Below are positions 1 through 17,300 of a stretch of 64,000 nt of DNA, in pieces. The stretch lies in contig JAAOMT010000261.1 of assembly GCA_016748015.1 (NCBI GenBank), positions 136,733 to 200,732 on the forward strand, in the 5' to 3' direction. Every line of letters begins with the position of its first letter. Positions within the stretch are counted from its first letter, which is position 1. A model generated the notes under the pieces. The model saw nothing but the letters and a program-made list of their open reading frames with translations, had not been told where the DNA came from and did no database searches. Position numbers and translations under genes: made by a program. The stretch is from Geosiphon pyriformis uo1. Taxonomy: Eukaryota; Fungi; Glomeromycota.

Positions 1-3000
1 TCCGGATCTCCTGGTGTATAAGTTCTTTGTTTGATGTGCGCTAATATTCTTGTAGTTGTAGATATCGCGATACGCCTTAGTGCCGGGAGTTCGGAAACCA
101 AACCCTTTGTGGCAAATTCGACTATTTCTGTGGTGGGGGCAGCCTCCACTCTTTCCAAGACATCGATGAAATTAGCTGCCATAGATGCAAAGCGCCAGTG
201 TAGTGTGTTTGATTTTACTAGGGATAAAAGAGTATCAACCTGAAAATTGAATAGGACGAATGTCAATATGGACGGGTTTCAATTTACCGAAATGTCTCAA
301 TGTTGAGCCAGTTTACAGGTCCCGACTCACCAGTCGATAATAACTGTCTTTCTCGAACTGTATTCGTTTCTCGATTTTACATTTGAGACTTTGATGTTCA
401 TCTTCGTCAGTTGATATCGATAGTTGAATTAGGGTGTTATTGATTGCAGCGGTCAATCCTTCACTAGTTATTAATTTGAACGCTGTATTGCTGTAGTTTG
501 TGAGATAATCATAAAACACTTTTCTTATTAATTCCTGCACAGATGGCTAGAAATGATAGATTAAGGGGACAAGAATTACCTCCGATAAATAAGCAAGAAT
601 AAAATTTGGCAATGGAAAAGTACAAAGAATTCAGCACAAACGCTTCTTTATTTGACTCACCTTATCCTCATGCTGAGCCTCGCAAATGCGGGTTATATAC
701 GTAGGGACAAATCGCCAATCTTTCAAGCAGGTGTCCATCAATGTTCGGCTATGAAGCAAATATAGGGCCCCTTTCATTCTTTCAGGATTTGGCTTCTCTG
801 CTAATAAAGAGAGCGTGATAAAACTCATCGATTTAAACCTGCGATAAAAAATATTAGAAGAAAATTTACCTTGAACCTCCAAAGCTTTCAATAATATTGG
901 AATGATAAGGGGCTTAGCCCCCAGAAAACATCTTACTGCACTTGCTAGATAACTTTGTGCTATTCTGAAAGAACAGCAAGATCATGAGGGTTTTTAAAAA
1001 CAATTAGAAACGTGGAAAGGCAAACGACAAATTCTCACTTTCTAATTTCCGAATAAGAGCTCAGCGATAGCTCAACCAAATCTTTCAATAAATCATCATG
1101 CAAACTAGTTCGCGCGCGAAAGAATGCATTTTGTTTAAGGCGACACAAATGCTGCTGATAAGCCCGTTTCACTATAAAATATATTATAATGAGCTAAAGG
1201 TTGATTGAAAGACCGTAGGCGAAAAACGAGAAATTTTTCTACCAAGCAAATATCTAGGATATCTTTTATCCCCGCGTGAAGTTTTTAGCATTCCTTTAGC
1301 ATATTGATACCCGCGTTTGCTTCCATCATATTTTCCTTTCTCGACCCCACGATCAGTTAAGTAGGTTTTAGCCATCTAAAAATCGAGCAAATGTTAATGA
1401 GTGGCTAAATGAGAATAGCTATTTTGTAGTTAAAATACCTTAAGAATAATCTTGATGCTTTCTATGTCGTCCTCTCGAGAAGCTTGAAAATAGACGAAAA
1501 GCTCATGGAGAAATTCCCCGATACGCTTACGCAACTGTCGAACAACTTCTCTACGTGGGTCGTTGGGATTAGTGAGACAATATCCAGCCAATAAAGCTGA
1601 ATTTGCAATAATATGGAACGGTTCATTTTCTTGATTGCTGGAGAACGATGAATATTTTAGTTATAAATATGAAAATTTAGAATGCACAACAATCTTAAGT
1701 TACCTATAATCTGAAATGGAAATATCACCATCATCTTCGACTAAAGTTGTCGTGCCATGTAAACAATTTCGAATAACACTAAGTTGGCGACAAAACTCTA
1801 CAGATATTTCACGATTGCTCAAAGATTTCCCATTCTTGTCGGTCCCTGTGGCTATAAGGTTTTGGCACGTTTCAATAGCTGGCTGTAAAAATAAATTCAA
1901 TAACTCTAAAGCAAAATCGATTTCTGGATCAGTTGGAACGTGCCAATTGATCTTTAAATTGTCCTTATCGCCAGGCTCTACCCAGTATTTGTGATGATTT
2001 TTCTGATATTCTGTGATCAAAAAAAACTTAGTGTGATTTGAAATAAGCGGAATATTTGATCAAAAAATTATTTACCTTCCGAATTCCATCGTTCTGCGTC
2101 AACATTTCTGCACTCTGTAGGATATATGTGCGTCAAAGAAATTAGGAGCATCCTCAAATACTTCCCGGCCCACATATAGCCCTTGCGTGAACGACAATTT
2201 TGGATCATTTCCTTTCCCAGCTCGATCAACTCTTTTTTATGCGCAAGAGCTTCAGCTCCAGTAAACATTACAACATGATATAAAATGCACTGATACCAAT
2301 GAAGAGTTGTGTCGGATTGAATAAGGTGTGAAGAGGAAGTTGTGGGAGTCGATGAGGCACCGTGCTCAAGCTCATTCAAGATATTGGAATAACACATTGG
2401 GATAAACTTGGCCAGGCCTTTCTTGCGATTAGGACTAGTAAGAGTCGCGCATAAGAAACCTTGACGTTAAGTAAAACAATGATTAGGTTGAATATGTATT
2501 TAATAGAAAACCTGATTTAGAAGAGTTTAAATTCAATTTACCCATAGGTTTTGTGGCATTTTGTAGTATTGTCGATGAAGCGAAATCTGATACCATTTTC
2601 AATGACATATTATAGAGTTTATCGGATAATTGAAATCCAACAACTTCACATGCATGCTGGAAAAATTATTGATTAACTAGAGGCAAACAAAAGCTTATTA
2701 AACAATGAAAACTTTACCAAAAGCACGGTAACTAGCCCAGTCTCCATATTGTGGACCTTGATTTTCTTGTTATTGTCTTGTTGAGGGAGATATTCAAACT
2801 GTTCAAGTCAGACGAAGAAAGTCAACAAAAATATCTGGTATTTACTTGGAAATAACGAATTAAAATAAATAGAATATCAACAACAACAAAAAGGATACAA
2901 TAGTGAAAACCCGGCCATAAAATTTTGCGACCCAATCTTCAAATTCCCCAGTACTAGCTTTGCAAAGGCCATCTTCTTCGGCTTCATCAATTTCCATTTC

Positions 3001-5436
3001 ATCTTCATTTCTTGCATCAATGTCCACGCCAGACCAGCGAAATCCTGATTCACTAGCGCCTTCTGTTAAATCAATCAAAGGTACACCCATGACAGCATGA
3101 GTCACAAAAATCAGAGAAGATATGGTTTTTATGGGATCGTTCATGTCAATTCCAGGAATAATCAAATGTAGTAGGGGCGCAAGATTTTTCCCTCCAGGAG
3201 AATAATGGATGCGAGAGAAAAGTGGTATGGCAAGAAGAGAAAGAGCGGAAATGGATGAAGTTGTCCGATGTGTCTATTTTTATCAATGAATCAATAAAAC
3301 CACAAAAATGATTCCGATCAATCATTCAATATATACAGAAACAGGAATTTACCTCAGTTAAAGTTTCCAATGATGGGTAAACGCGTTCTAAAAGACCTGG
3401 AAATATGAGGGATGGCTCTAACCCTAAAAAAAAAATGAGTTAAAAAGAAAAGTTGAAGATTTAAATTAAATAAATCAAAATCATCCTAGATGCAAGACTA
3501 TAAAAGGATACAAGCTAAGTATTTCAAAGCAGCGTGACTTGCACCAATAGATAACGCGTCTTTTCCAAACATGGATAAAAATGTGACATTTCTCAAAGTT
3601 AAGACAAATTCGCGTCTCAATTCGGGGGTTAATCGTCGATGCTGAGGAGTTTTACATTCTAGCTTTTGTTCTGCAAAAGACACGGATTAAAAAATTACAG
3701 TTGGCTCTTTTAATAAATTGAGGGATTACCGCTTTAAAACTGACCATCTCTCCATCGCTTAAAAAACTCATATCCTAGAAATTGTAAAAATCGCACAATT
3801 GAAAATGTCCATCGTCCATAATTACTAGGATGATAGAATGACTCAATAGCCTGGATTAAATTTCCTAACTGTGTCAAAGTTGACTCTTCATTTGGGTGAG
3901 CAGTGGTTGGGAAGATTGTATATACAATAAATCTTGCCATCATTTTGAACTTTTCCTTGAGAAAAAAACCCCCAAAGTAAAACAAATGTCAACAAAATCT
4001 GAAAATTTTGTACTCAAAATTAAATTAAAAAAAGATAAATACCCCCTTTTTCCGCAAGAGCAGAGCACTTCCAGCCCTTGTGTCAACCTTTGAAGCCCAT
4101 CCTACAATCGGGGTTCCTCTTCCATTACCAGAATTTGAGCTACCGACAGGTAAGTCCATCATTTTAGAACCAGTAGCAAACACAGTACGCACTTGAGATT
4201 TGGTAAATACACTAATCATATCAGGATCATGTACATCAGCTCCAACATTGTCCTCGGCTACTCGAGCCACAAGATCAAGAAATTCTGTTTGATACATTAT
4301 TGAGCCTGGTATCAAATACCAAAGCGAAAATATTGTTGGAAGCCATATTGTCGGTGAAAATTGACCAGATGGAGATGAATTTGTGGGCAAAAAACGAACA
4401 AGATAGGCTTGAACAACGAACGCATCACCAAGTGAATTAGCGTTGTATACAGGCAAAATTTTTTCAAGGATTTCACCAGTTGTCTCGGGGGGGAAAAATC
4501 TGTAGGGTGTATTTAAGCGGTTAAATGAAATAGTTCAGGAGAAAATATGATAACTTTTTGTTTAAAATATTTATACCTTTGGGCAAACTCAACCAAGCGC
4601 AAGATGGATTTGAATTGTTTACTGTCATTGATGGAGGATTAAAGATATTACTGAATAAAGTTATTTAACAGAAATGTAACCCTGAAAAAACAAGTCCCTT
4701 GAAAACAAATTTATTAAGCTCGAGAAGAATTTCGGATACGATTCACTGATGAATATTTTTTTCCGATTTTTTGGAAAGAATGTTCGATCAATAATGTCGA
4801 ATAATGGTTTCCATGGTAAAACCAAGTCTTCTGGGCCGATCTTATCTTTTTTTCTTTAAATTTATCAAATTGACATATGACGTTAATTAGATAGGCTTAG
4901 GTAATGGTAAATTAAATTAAATTAATTTTTTTAAGCTGAATTAATAAAAGAAACGTGAATCATAGACGAAGTCGCGTTTGTTATGAAGAAAAGAAAGTTA
5001 TCCTACTTGAGCAAACGCATACAAATATTGGCGTACGATTCCACACATGAAGGATTAATGCCGGAAGTGGTGGCAAGCTCGAACATTATTCGAGCTAAAA
5101 GCGCCCGGGTTTCACGCGTTAATGGGTGCTGAAGCTCAAGGTACCTGCCAGTCATGTACATACAGTTGAAAGAGTAAGTAAGAAGTCGATTCTCGCGTTT
5201 CTAAAGGCTCCCAACATTTAATTAACAAAATTCAATTTTTACGAGGAATCAAAGACTGACGATTCATGAATATAGTGATTAAGAGTTTACCTATTAAGCT
5301 GCTTCACCCAATGTACGCAGCCTGAGCCCCAGTCCTGCGCTTTTGCGGCAAGACATAGATTTTTTACTATGTTATTAAGCAAGGCCTCCGGCTCACCCTC
5401 AAGGGTCGAGGCGTAAGGTAAATTTCCCGAGAACAT
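1..5436 (-). CDS. BLM10: Proteasome activator Blm10/PA200 (PSME4) homolog, multi-exon, 3' end outside window
   Basis: ATG at 5436 with in-frame upstream stop. Exons join in frame through GT-AG introns: MFSGNLPY..DWGSGCVHWVKQL, YLELQHPL, LVLPWKPL, IESFYHPSNYGRW, LEPSLIFPGLLERVYPSLETLTETHRT, IPGIDMNDPIKT, WHVPTDPEIDFA, RMKGALYLL, LHWRF. These are typical Blm10/PA200 motifs. Confidence 0.93.
2799..2898 (-). other. Second U12-type GT-AG intron in BLM10
   Basis: 5' site GTATCCTTT; CAG acceptor; removal gives VFTI-FEYLP in frame. Branch candidates TTTTGTTGAC or TCGTCTGAC are weaker. Confidence 0.7.
3424..3511 (-). other. U12-type (minor spliceosome) GT-AG intron in BLM10
   Basis: 5' site GTATCCTTT; TTTCTTTTTAAC branch-like motif close to the TAG; removal gives in-frame KYLA-W-LEPSL. 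Confidence 0.8.
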
Positions 5437-6911
5437 GATTCGCGAACGTGTACCTTATGGGTCGTATCCCGGTTTTAAATATGATCAAAAAATGATGACG
5501 TTTAAATTCAATTTTGACGTACACAGCTACGCGGCCAGTTACGTTTACATAAATAATATAAAATATGTATCTTATTTTATATGATGATTATAATTTAAAA
5601 AAGAGAATAATGAGTCATTTTTACACAGTTACACAAGTTTTTTGTGAAATGTATATTTGACAAAATAATTATTATTATTATTATTATTATTATTTCAAAT
5701 ATGAAACCTGAATATTTTAAGATTAAGCCTTTTAATAAATGATATCTAATAAAAATTTTATAGATTAAGTAATTTTAATTTTAATAAGTTTTAAATTAAT
5801 ATCTGATCTTATTATATTATCAAATGAACCTAAAAACCATCAAGTCTATGCAAAAAGAATTTATTTCTTTATAATTTTGTCAGACACTTTTTCAGTTTCA
5901 TTTTATCATAAAAAGATTTGCAAAAATGGCAAAACCCAAAAAGCTATATGGACTTAAAAATAATTTATTTCATAAAATAATATCTCTCAACATTTCAAAT
6001 CATATGAATTTCTTAAATTTAGACACTCCCTAAATTTTAAACGAATATTTTAAGTATGAATCAAAAAGATTCAATTAATTTAGGAGATTAATTTTTTTTC
6101 ATACCGGGAATTTTTTTTCACCTCATGGGATTTCATTGTTTAATTATTTTTATGATATTGAAGACTGCGAGTAGAAAATAGCTTTTTTTTTTTGCTATTT
6201 ACATCAATAAGTTGAATTTAAGAATTTCTGATTTTCATTCTCTGCTTAAAAACTTAATATATCTGTATTATTATTATTCATTACGGCTGCCTTTAAATAT
6301 AAATGCCGAGTGGCTGATATGCTGGGAGAAGTTTAAATTAAAATTTATTTTATCAAATATGTTAATTGCTTTGGGGGGCTACATACTATTTTTTTAAAAT
6401 GAACACCCGAAAACTATTTAATAGTGATTACAAAACTAATCAATTTTCACATTACCAGACAACTAATAAATCCTTAATATCGTGTCAAATTCTCGCAATT
6501 AGTCTTGCCCAAAAGAAAATTAAATGAGATAACAATAGCTTATGGTCAAACTATCCATCTGAAATCAATCGAGGCGCACAATTTACAGGTTATCAAAAAA
6601 AAAAAAAAAAGAGATCGAAAAATTGCTTGCTTTAATATTTCACAAAATAAATTTTTTTTTTAAATAAATATTACAAAGATTGGTAAAAATGGTTAATTGG
6701 AAATTGGGATAAATAAATGCAAAGATGATGGTGGTTTTCGGTTCCCAAATTAGGGAGACGATTATTAATTTATAATAACCACCGATACGGTTCGGGAAAT
6801 TGAATTATTTTGGTTTGGGAGAATTTGGATAAACGTGAAATGTTGTCTATCTGAAGTCAATTTCCAAGAGTGTAACATCAAATTCAACTTAAAACGCCTC
6901 TTTTTAAATGA

Positions 6912-8392
6912 CTAAACGCGTGGTTTCGATTTTGTATTCTTATTCCTTCCAGGAATTGCGTTAAGAGCGCTATTAACATCTACACCTGATATATTAGGGA
7001 TTTGTCCATTCTAGAAATAAAGAAATAGCAAAATGAAAAATTAGAATTCTGCAAATTCACATTGACGATATAATCCTTCGCTCTCAGTCACCAAGATTCT
7101 ATTTTTCTTCCTCTATTCCCTTTTCCCAGTAATAGAAAAATTACCTGTATAGGACAATCAATCTCAGCTGTTCTTTTGAAACTAGGCCTCACGGTGATCG
7201 CTATCACTTTAAAAGTAACCTCAAGCTTATAATCAATTTGCAATTTACTTTTTGGTCCACCAGTCAATCCACATTTTGATAAGATGTCCATTAAAATACT
7301 CAAGCCTGGGTCATTTGAGGTATCATAATTAATAGTAAAAGGAAAATGAATGGTGGTATTGCCCTTTGCCTCAATATGAACATCTGTCATATTTCCACCA
7401 CCAATTGAAGTTGTTTGTTCAGGATAGAATGCCTAAATATTGAGAATTTTATTTATTTGTTGTCAACAAAAAATCTCAAAAAATTCAACACATTTTTCAT
7501 TCCGTACCGTTGCTTTGATAGCTTTGAAATCTGCTCCAACAAAATTTGGATTATCCACTTGAATATTCAGACCAAAATTAAAATCAAATCCATTCGTTTT
7601 TACCACATAAGGTGGTAAACCAACTGGAGAACTTCCAATTCCCAAAAATTCAATATGAGGTGGTTTCGCCCATAATAAAACAGCAATTACAATAGCAACA
7701 ATGATCAAAAATAACAGGCAACATAACATGACACATGTTGTTCCACAACCGAAATCTGCTAAACAACAACAAAATGTTCCCATAAATCCTCCATATTTAT
7801 TTCTCCCCTCTCGTTTAGATGATCCAGCGTATTCTTTATAAGCGGTAGACTCATGTTTGGTTCCGTATTGGGAAGGTGGTCTTGGAGCTTTTGGATCATT
7901 ATTATCGTAGAGAGGCTTCGAGAAAGTTGGCTGCGTATTTAAATTAGAATCACCAAAAGAGTTACTATGGGGTAGAGGAAATGTTGGTTGACGATTTGGT
8001 ATAGATGACATATTTGGTTGACTAGCATACGGAGGGCCGTTTCTATTATGATATAAATTTTGAGGAGGATCATCAAAAGGAGTAACATAAGGACTTTTTT
8101 GAGTTGGAGATATAATCAAATTATTATTATTATTAGGATTATTAGGATTATAATTATTCTTATTAGGAGTGGAATACCCAATTTCACCACCATATCCACC
8201 CATCCTGCTGCTGTCATTGTATATGTAGCTTCCGTCACCATAACCGTCATTCATTGATCGACTTTGAGGTGTATTCGCATATTGGCCGTTATTATTATAC
8301 CCATCTCCTCTAGCTATAGGGTAATTGCCTTGATGTCCATTATTTGACTGCGAATAATATTCGGGATTGTGAGTAGTTTTATATTGAGACAT
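6912..8392 (-). CDS. Single-pass membrane protein: N/P/Y-rich disordered N-terminus, Cys-rich juxtamembrane segment, LEA_2-like C-terminal domain (3 exons)
   Basis: Exons ~8392-7508, 7432-7146, 7010-6912 join in frame: CCC..CC-TM-KPPHIEF..NFGLNIQVDNPN..IKAT|AFYP..IGGG..NTTIHFPFTINY..CG..|NGQIP..PRV*. Confidence 0.8.
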
Positions 8393-9462
8393 GATTTTAA
8401 AAGATGTCCTATAGGTCTGTTTAAATTAGAACCAGCCTAATCACAATTCAAATCAAAGTGGGTAATAAAATTTCAAAGAGCAAGGTATGATACAAGAGTA
8501 AAAGCGATTGGCTCTTTCTAAAGTTATATACAAAAGGTAAACTGACTTCAAAAAACAGGTTGCAAGGTGACAACGGGAAAATAGAATGAAAGGGGTAAAG
8601 ATTGTAACGAAAGAAAAAGGGGTGAAGGATAGTTGGCAAAGAAAGTCTTGAGGTTCAAAGTCCAACCTCTTTGAGTTCACTTGAGAACACGATTGCACCA
8701 GGCAAAGAGAGAAAAGTTCAAATCTCTTCGTCCCGGCTATGAAAATTTGAGCTTCGTCAAAAAGAATGAAAAGAAATGTTTGCACAAAAGATACTAGGGC
8801 CACATTCACTGTCTGTCAAAGAATATTCAAGATGTCGATTGATACTATTAAAGTAGTTCCACGTTCCCAAATGCAACTGCATTTTCCTTTCCAATTGGGA
8901 AATCAGGCAGAACATTACTATTACGAGAATGTATTACAAAAGACAGATTCACTGGGACATTATGTTTATTACACTACTAAAAAACTGATGTCCCTTTCAC
9001 GTAACACTACCTTTTGACCAGGGTAACTTTTTATATAATTATTTATTTATTTTATCAATTATATTATTATACTCTATAAGTATTGATTGTTACAAATTTA
9101 TCACTTATAAAAAATTAATAATGATAATAAAATTGTAATTTTTTTTGTTTTATTTATAATTTCTTTAGTTTTAAAATGTATATCAAATTAAATAAAGTAG
9201 TAAAAAAAATTTATAAAATTTGATAAAAATAAAATAAGAAATTTATAAAATTATAATTATAATTATAACAAAATAACAAATGATATTTAACATATTTAAC
9301 CATTTTTGTAAAAAATAAAATAAAATATTTTAACATAAAACAAATTACCATGAACAAATCTTTGATATTTAAAATGGGAAAACAACGATCACTTAGTTAC
9401 ATGCCTAAATTTTTTGGTCATGGTTACATCATCGATTTATTTTTTGATTCATTCTCGTTTCG

Positions 9463-12285
<2,823 letters not shown>

Positions 12286-12499
12286 TCTAAAGCAATAGGC
12301 CGGTTTTTTAACCAATAAGAAAACTGGGTTGTTAAAAGTGTTGCATTGAGGCTTTTAGATATCAAACATGACCTAGATATTTATTACAGTATCCAAAACG
12401 AATGTTTTCATGACTATTATCACGTTACTTTAATAACGTTCATGTTTCTTGGAATAAATTTTTTGTTATTGATTTAATTTACAATTTATTGGTTTTTTT

Positions 12500-14380
12500 A
12501 ATTTTAAATACCGTATATGACCGAAAATAAGAAACCTATTTTTGTGATCATCAAGTTCTCTAAAATGGAAAGTTTCTTATTTTCGAATCTTTATAGTTCT
12601 ACCAAAATCTACAATGTTCTTTTAAAAGTTAAACTATAGGCATGGCTTATACTTTTTACAATATGTAACTAACCATTTAAACCTAAATTAATACTTGTTT
12701 ATTATGAATATGTTTTTACATTTACTTTTTAGTCTTTTTTTTTATAAAGCCTTATTTTTTTTGCAATTATACATTACACATTATAAAATTTTTTATAGAT
12801 TTTTTTTATTTTTGAATTAACTAAAGTTTTTAAGCAAATAAAAAGATCAATTTTAATCTAAAAATTCAACAAACTAAATTTGGCTTTAATATTTATAAGA
12901 TTAAACTGAAATAACATAAAAAATGCAACCAAAAACCAATCTTAACAATAGCAAATTCAATTAAATTTGACAATTTTTAATTTTAACCCCAAAATTAACA
13001 TTAATTATATTATTTATAAAAGTAATAACATATAATTTTAAAAAAAACAGCAGCTTTAACATAGAATATTAAGTTATTAAACTAATTAACAAACTTTTAA
13101 ATATAACAAAAAACTTAAAATTTTGCTTAAAAAAAACAAGAAAAATAATTTTATAAATAAAAACAATAATCTAAATTTAATATTTGTAATAACATTAATA
13201 TTTAAAAGTTTTTTATTAAATATAACTTTTGTATAAAGTATTAATTTTAACAACCATTATATTAAAAAGTTTTTTAAATTTAAAAGTAATAATAATAATT
13301 AATATTAAAAACTAATTTTAATTATTAATTTAAAATACTAAATTACTAATTTTAAAAATTGTGCAATTTAATTAATTTAGTCTTAAATATATTTTAAAAA
13401 TTATAATTTATTTTCAATCTTATTTTTTATTATTAAAACTGATTAATAAATAAAAACAATATTAACAACATTAAAAAACTTAAAATATATTATAGCATAT
13501 TATTATAAATTAAAAAACTTTAATTTAATATTCACAACTTTATTAAAAAAAATTTAAATCATTTTTAATCTTGTTAAAAAAACACTTAAAAAAATATTAC
13601 ACAAAATTACAATAACAAAAACAAATATTAAAAAAAAATTTGCAATTATAAAATAAAAAATAAAATTAATAAGTTTAATTTACATAATAATATTTAAAAA
13701 GTTTAAAATACAAACTGTATATAAAAAAACTTGTTATTATTTTTAATAATCAATTTTAAACCAAAATATAAATTAAATTTGATTTTTATAATTTTATCAA
13801 AGTAAAACTATTTATTTAAAATTTTTTTAATAATTTGTAATAATTTTTTAAACATTATTAAAAATAATATTCTTAAAAACAAAAAAAAATTGCATTAATT
13901 TTATTTAATTAATTTAATTCTTAAAATTAAATAATCTAATAAATTAATTATTTAAAACTATATATAAAAACATAATTTGTTTTGCTTTTAGAATTAATAA
14001 AAATAACTAAAATTCAACATATTAAATAACTTAATTATATATTAATCAGAACTAATATTAACAAATTTATTATTATTATTATTATTATTATCTAAATAAA
14101 AAAAAAGACTATTATTTACAATTAAATTTAAATTAAGTATTATAATTAATATAATTATTATAAAACTAGTTTAAATATTAAAAAAATTAAATAAAATTAA
14201 TATTTTATTTTTATAAAAAAAACTTCAAAAAAATAGTGTTTTAAAAAATATTAAAAAAAATGTTTTTTTATTTTTTTGGCTTTTTTAATTATTTAAACAA
14301 ATATAAAAAAACAAAAAAAAAACAGATTTGTTATTAATTTACTATAAAAATTTCTGAATTATTTGTAATAATAAATTATT
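12500..14380. repeat. Extremely AT-rich 'ghost' DNA, probably fully eroded transposon sequence
   Basis: Almost no C/G; 13668-13753 aligns by eye in inverted orientation with 28851-28937. Confidence 0.55.
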
Positions 14381-14384
14381 ATTT

Positions 14385-17300
14385 TTTTAATATTTTATAA
14401 GTGAGATTCAAATACTACCTAGTATAATACATCAAATAACTGATTTAAACTAGACATGAATCATGCATTTTCTACATGCAACCAGCTACTTGAACTAATT
14501 AAGACCACATTAAGTACCTATATGTACCAAAACCAAGTCTCCAATACTTGAAAAAAACAAACAAGATCTACAAAGTCCAAAACCAACATCAATAGTTTCA
14601 GCAATACCCAATAATTTAATTACACTTATAGAAAACACCACAGACAGCCCAAAAACTAAAACCAGAGCTGAATTATCATGCAGTATTATTCCATTCTTCT
14701 CTATGTAGGCATAATGCTTAGTGCAGACCAATCAAATCTTATCTCTAAAGACAAGACATATGTTATACATAAATTCCACAACTTTTTGACCAGCTATTTT
14801 GGAACCTCTGAAGACAAATGTAGCTTTCTAAAGCCACTCTTTAAAAACAAAGCCTTTGCAAAGAGCTGTGTAAACTGTAATATTTGAAATACAGGAGAAC
14901 AATAATTACAAAATACTTGAAAAGAAGATGGAAAGACCAGAGAATACACCTCAAGCAGTGGCATGAGCATCTAACAAACAACAACAAACAGAATTATCAA
15001 CCATACAAGAAAAAATATGATCAGAAATCTCTATGTTATCACAATACAAACACAGCATACTGGAGTAATATTTGTCATACAGATGCTTTCAAACAGTAAC
15101 TAGCAGCTGATGATGTAAAGCTTTCATGAAATATGTATGAGCACCAACTGTAGATTTACTAATAAAGCCAACAGCCATGTGCAAGTTTGGATGCCACACC
15201 AACAACAAACTAAGCCAATTAATGTCCGAGCACAGACTATTATCCAAAACCCTAGAACCTGAACTGACTTCTTAGTATGTACAATGAATGGACTAAAAAA
15301 TCTCATGAACAAAATGTCTAGAATTACCAAAGATAATATTATCTTTAGCTAAAATACAACATTCTTTTGCACAAAAAAAAAGACACTAGGATGAAAAAGA
15401 AGTTGTGTCAGTAAGCACATCAGTATATTCATTACTCATGACACCTGAATAACCTTTCACTTTGTGCCAGTTAACATTCAAATTCTTTTTTTTAATAATG
15501 TTTACAATATGCTAATACTTAATCCAACAGCGATTCCAAAAATCTGGATAAACTAGACCTAATCCCAATTTGCATACATTCAAGGCAATCTGACTGTCCA
15601 TAAAAACATTAACTAAGTTAAGAGAAAAAACACACTCAAAAGCCAATGTGATAGCCTGCAATTCAGCCAAAGTAGAAAACATCAGACCAGAAATCCTAAC
15701 CTCCAAACCCAAGCTTATATCCTCAAAAAAAACCATAGCACCAGCTCTTATGTCAATACTTCCCAAGTCTCTTAGAGATCTATCTGTATAGACAGAAAGG
15801 CTGTTAGTCTTAAGACCCAGCAACTAATCATAAATCAATCCAAACTCACTAGATTCCAAAATGTTCAAAAGTTCAATAATATCCACTGGAGAAAAACAGG
15901 CAGAGAAAAAAGCTACACCATCAAGAAAGTTAACAGAAAGCTTAAACCAATCAGAAATAAGACCACATGAATTCAGCTTTTTTTAATACTTGAAGGTCTT
16001 CCAATCAAAAACAGCTTCATTTTTACTGCAAAGCTGTTCAACAAAAGCAATACCATATCACCAAAGAGACAGAAAAAACTTAAAATAATCAGTCTTGCCA
16101 AGAACAAATAACATGAGAGTTTCACCATAAAAACAGAAAGAGTTGTTTACATGACCACCCAAAGACAGACTACACTCATAAAAAATATAAACCACATCTG
16201 CCAAAAAATTATTAGAAGCACTAACTTTGATATGAGCTGGGGAGACCAAAGGATAAAATAGATTCCAAAACAAAATCTGCAAATCATAAGACTTGTGCAA
16301 AAACAACTGACCCAAAATCCCAACAGAGTTTGCAAAACACACAATGAAAGCAATCTTGCTTTCAGCCTGAACTTGTTTGAAAGTTTTTAAATCATATAAT
16401 AAAAGATGACAAAGCACATCATTGAAAAAATTAAGAGGCAGACTAGATTTCAGCTTTAAGTCTTTGTAAATCAAAGAATCCAACTTATTATACACACTGA
16501 TAAAAACAAAACTGAACTGTGTTCTGTAGCTGACAATAAGGTGAAGAACTGCTGACACCAAATACGAAAACTTTTTATCAGAAATGTTCTTTCTTAGGAC
16601 CAAATTGGTAAAAAATCTGACATCAGAATTAGTCTTAACCAGACTAGGCTTCAACAAATCTTCAGTTGGCAAAAAAATCCCTAGATAGTAATAAAACTCT
16701 CCTTTTTTGGCAATAAATATAGGTGAATTACTAATAGACAAATTAGAACATACAACTCTGTAATTAATAAAAATTGCTACTGTTTTGTTATTATTAATAG
16801 AAATGTTATTAATCTGAAAAAATTTACTAGCAACATTGAAAATGTGTTGGGTTGCAGCTTGGCTGCTACCAATTTAGATTATGTTATCAATAAAAGCACT
16901 AATAGTGAGAAAAGATGTCAATCTAACTTGAGATTTCAAACAACTAGTCTTGGCAACATAATAAAAGTTCAGCTTATATTCACATATGCTCTTTTGTCTC
17001 TTGACTTCACACAATAAAGGATCATAAAATATGTGCCAAAGAAGTGGTGAGAATACTTCTCTCTGATCCAAACCATTATGTACCTAATATCCACTTGTTA
17101 AACCAAAATCTATCATTACCCTATTAATATAACCATTGTGAATATTGCCAAAAAATCTTGAAAAAGATTTTGCGAGTAATCTCAATTAAAGTAATAGGTC
17201 AGGTGTTTATAAGAACTCCCTTTTATTCATACAGTTTTGGAATTATTGAGACTTAAGCTTCTTTCTAAGCACTAGGCACTAACTCATGAAACAAACAAAA

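Noticed and set aside
5666-5695. (ATT)n microsatellite, also near 14066-14090
   Set aside because: Ordinary in AT-rich intergenic DNA.
8448-9017. Short ORFs upstream of the LEA_2-like gene
   Set aside because: No recognisable motifs; likely 5' UTR or divergent promoter.
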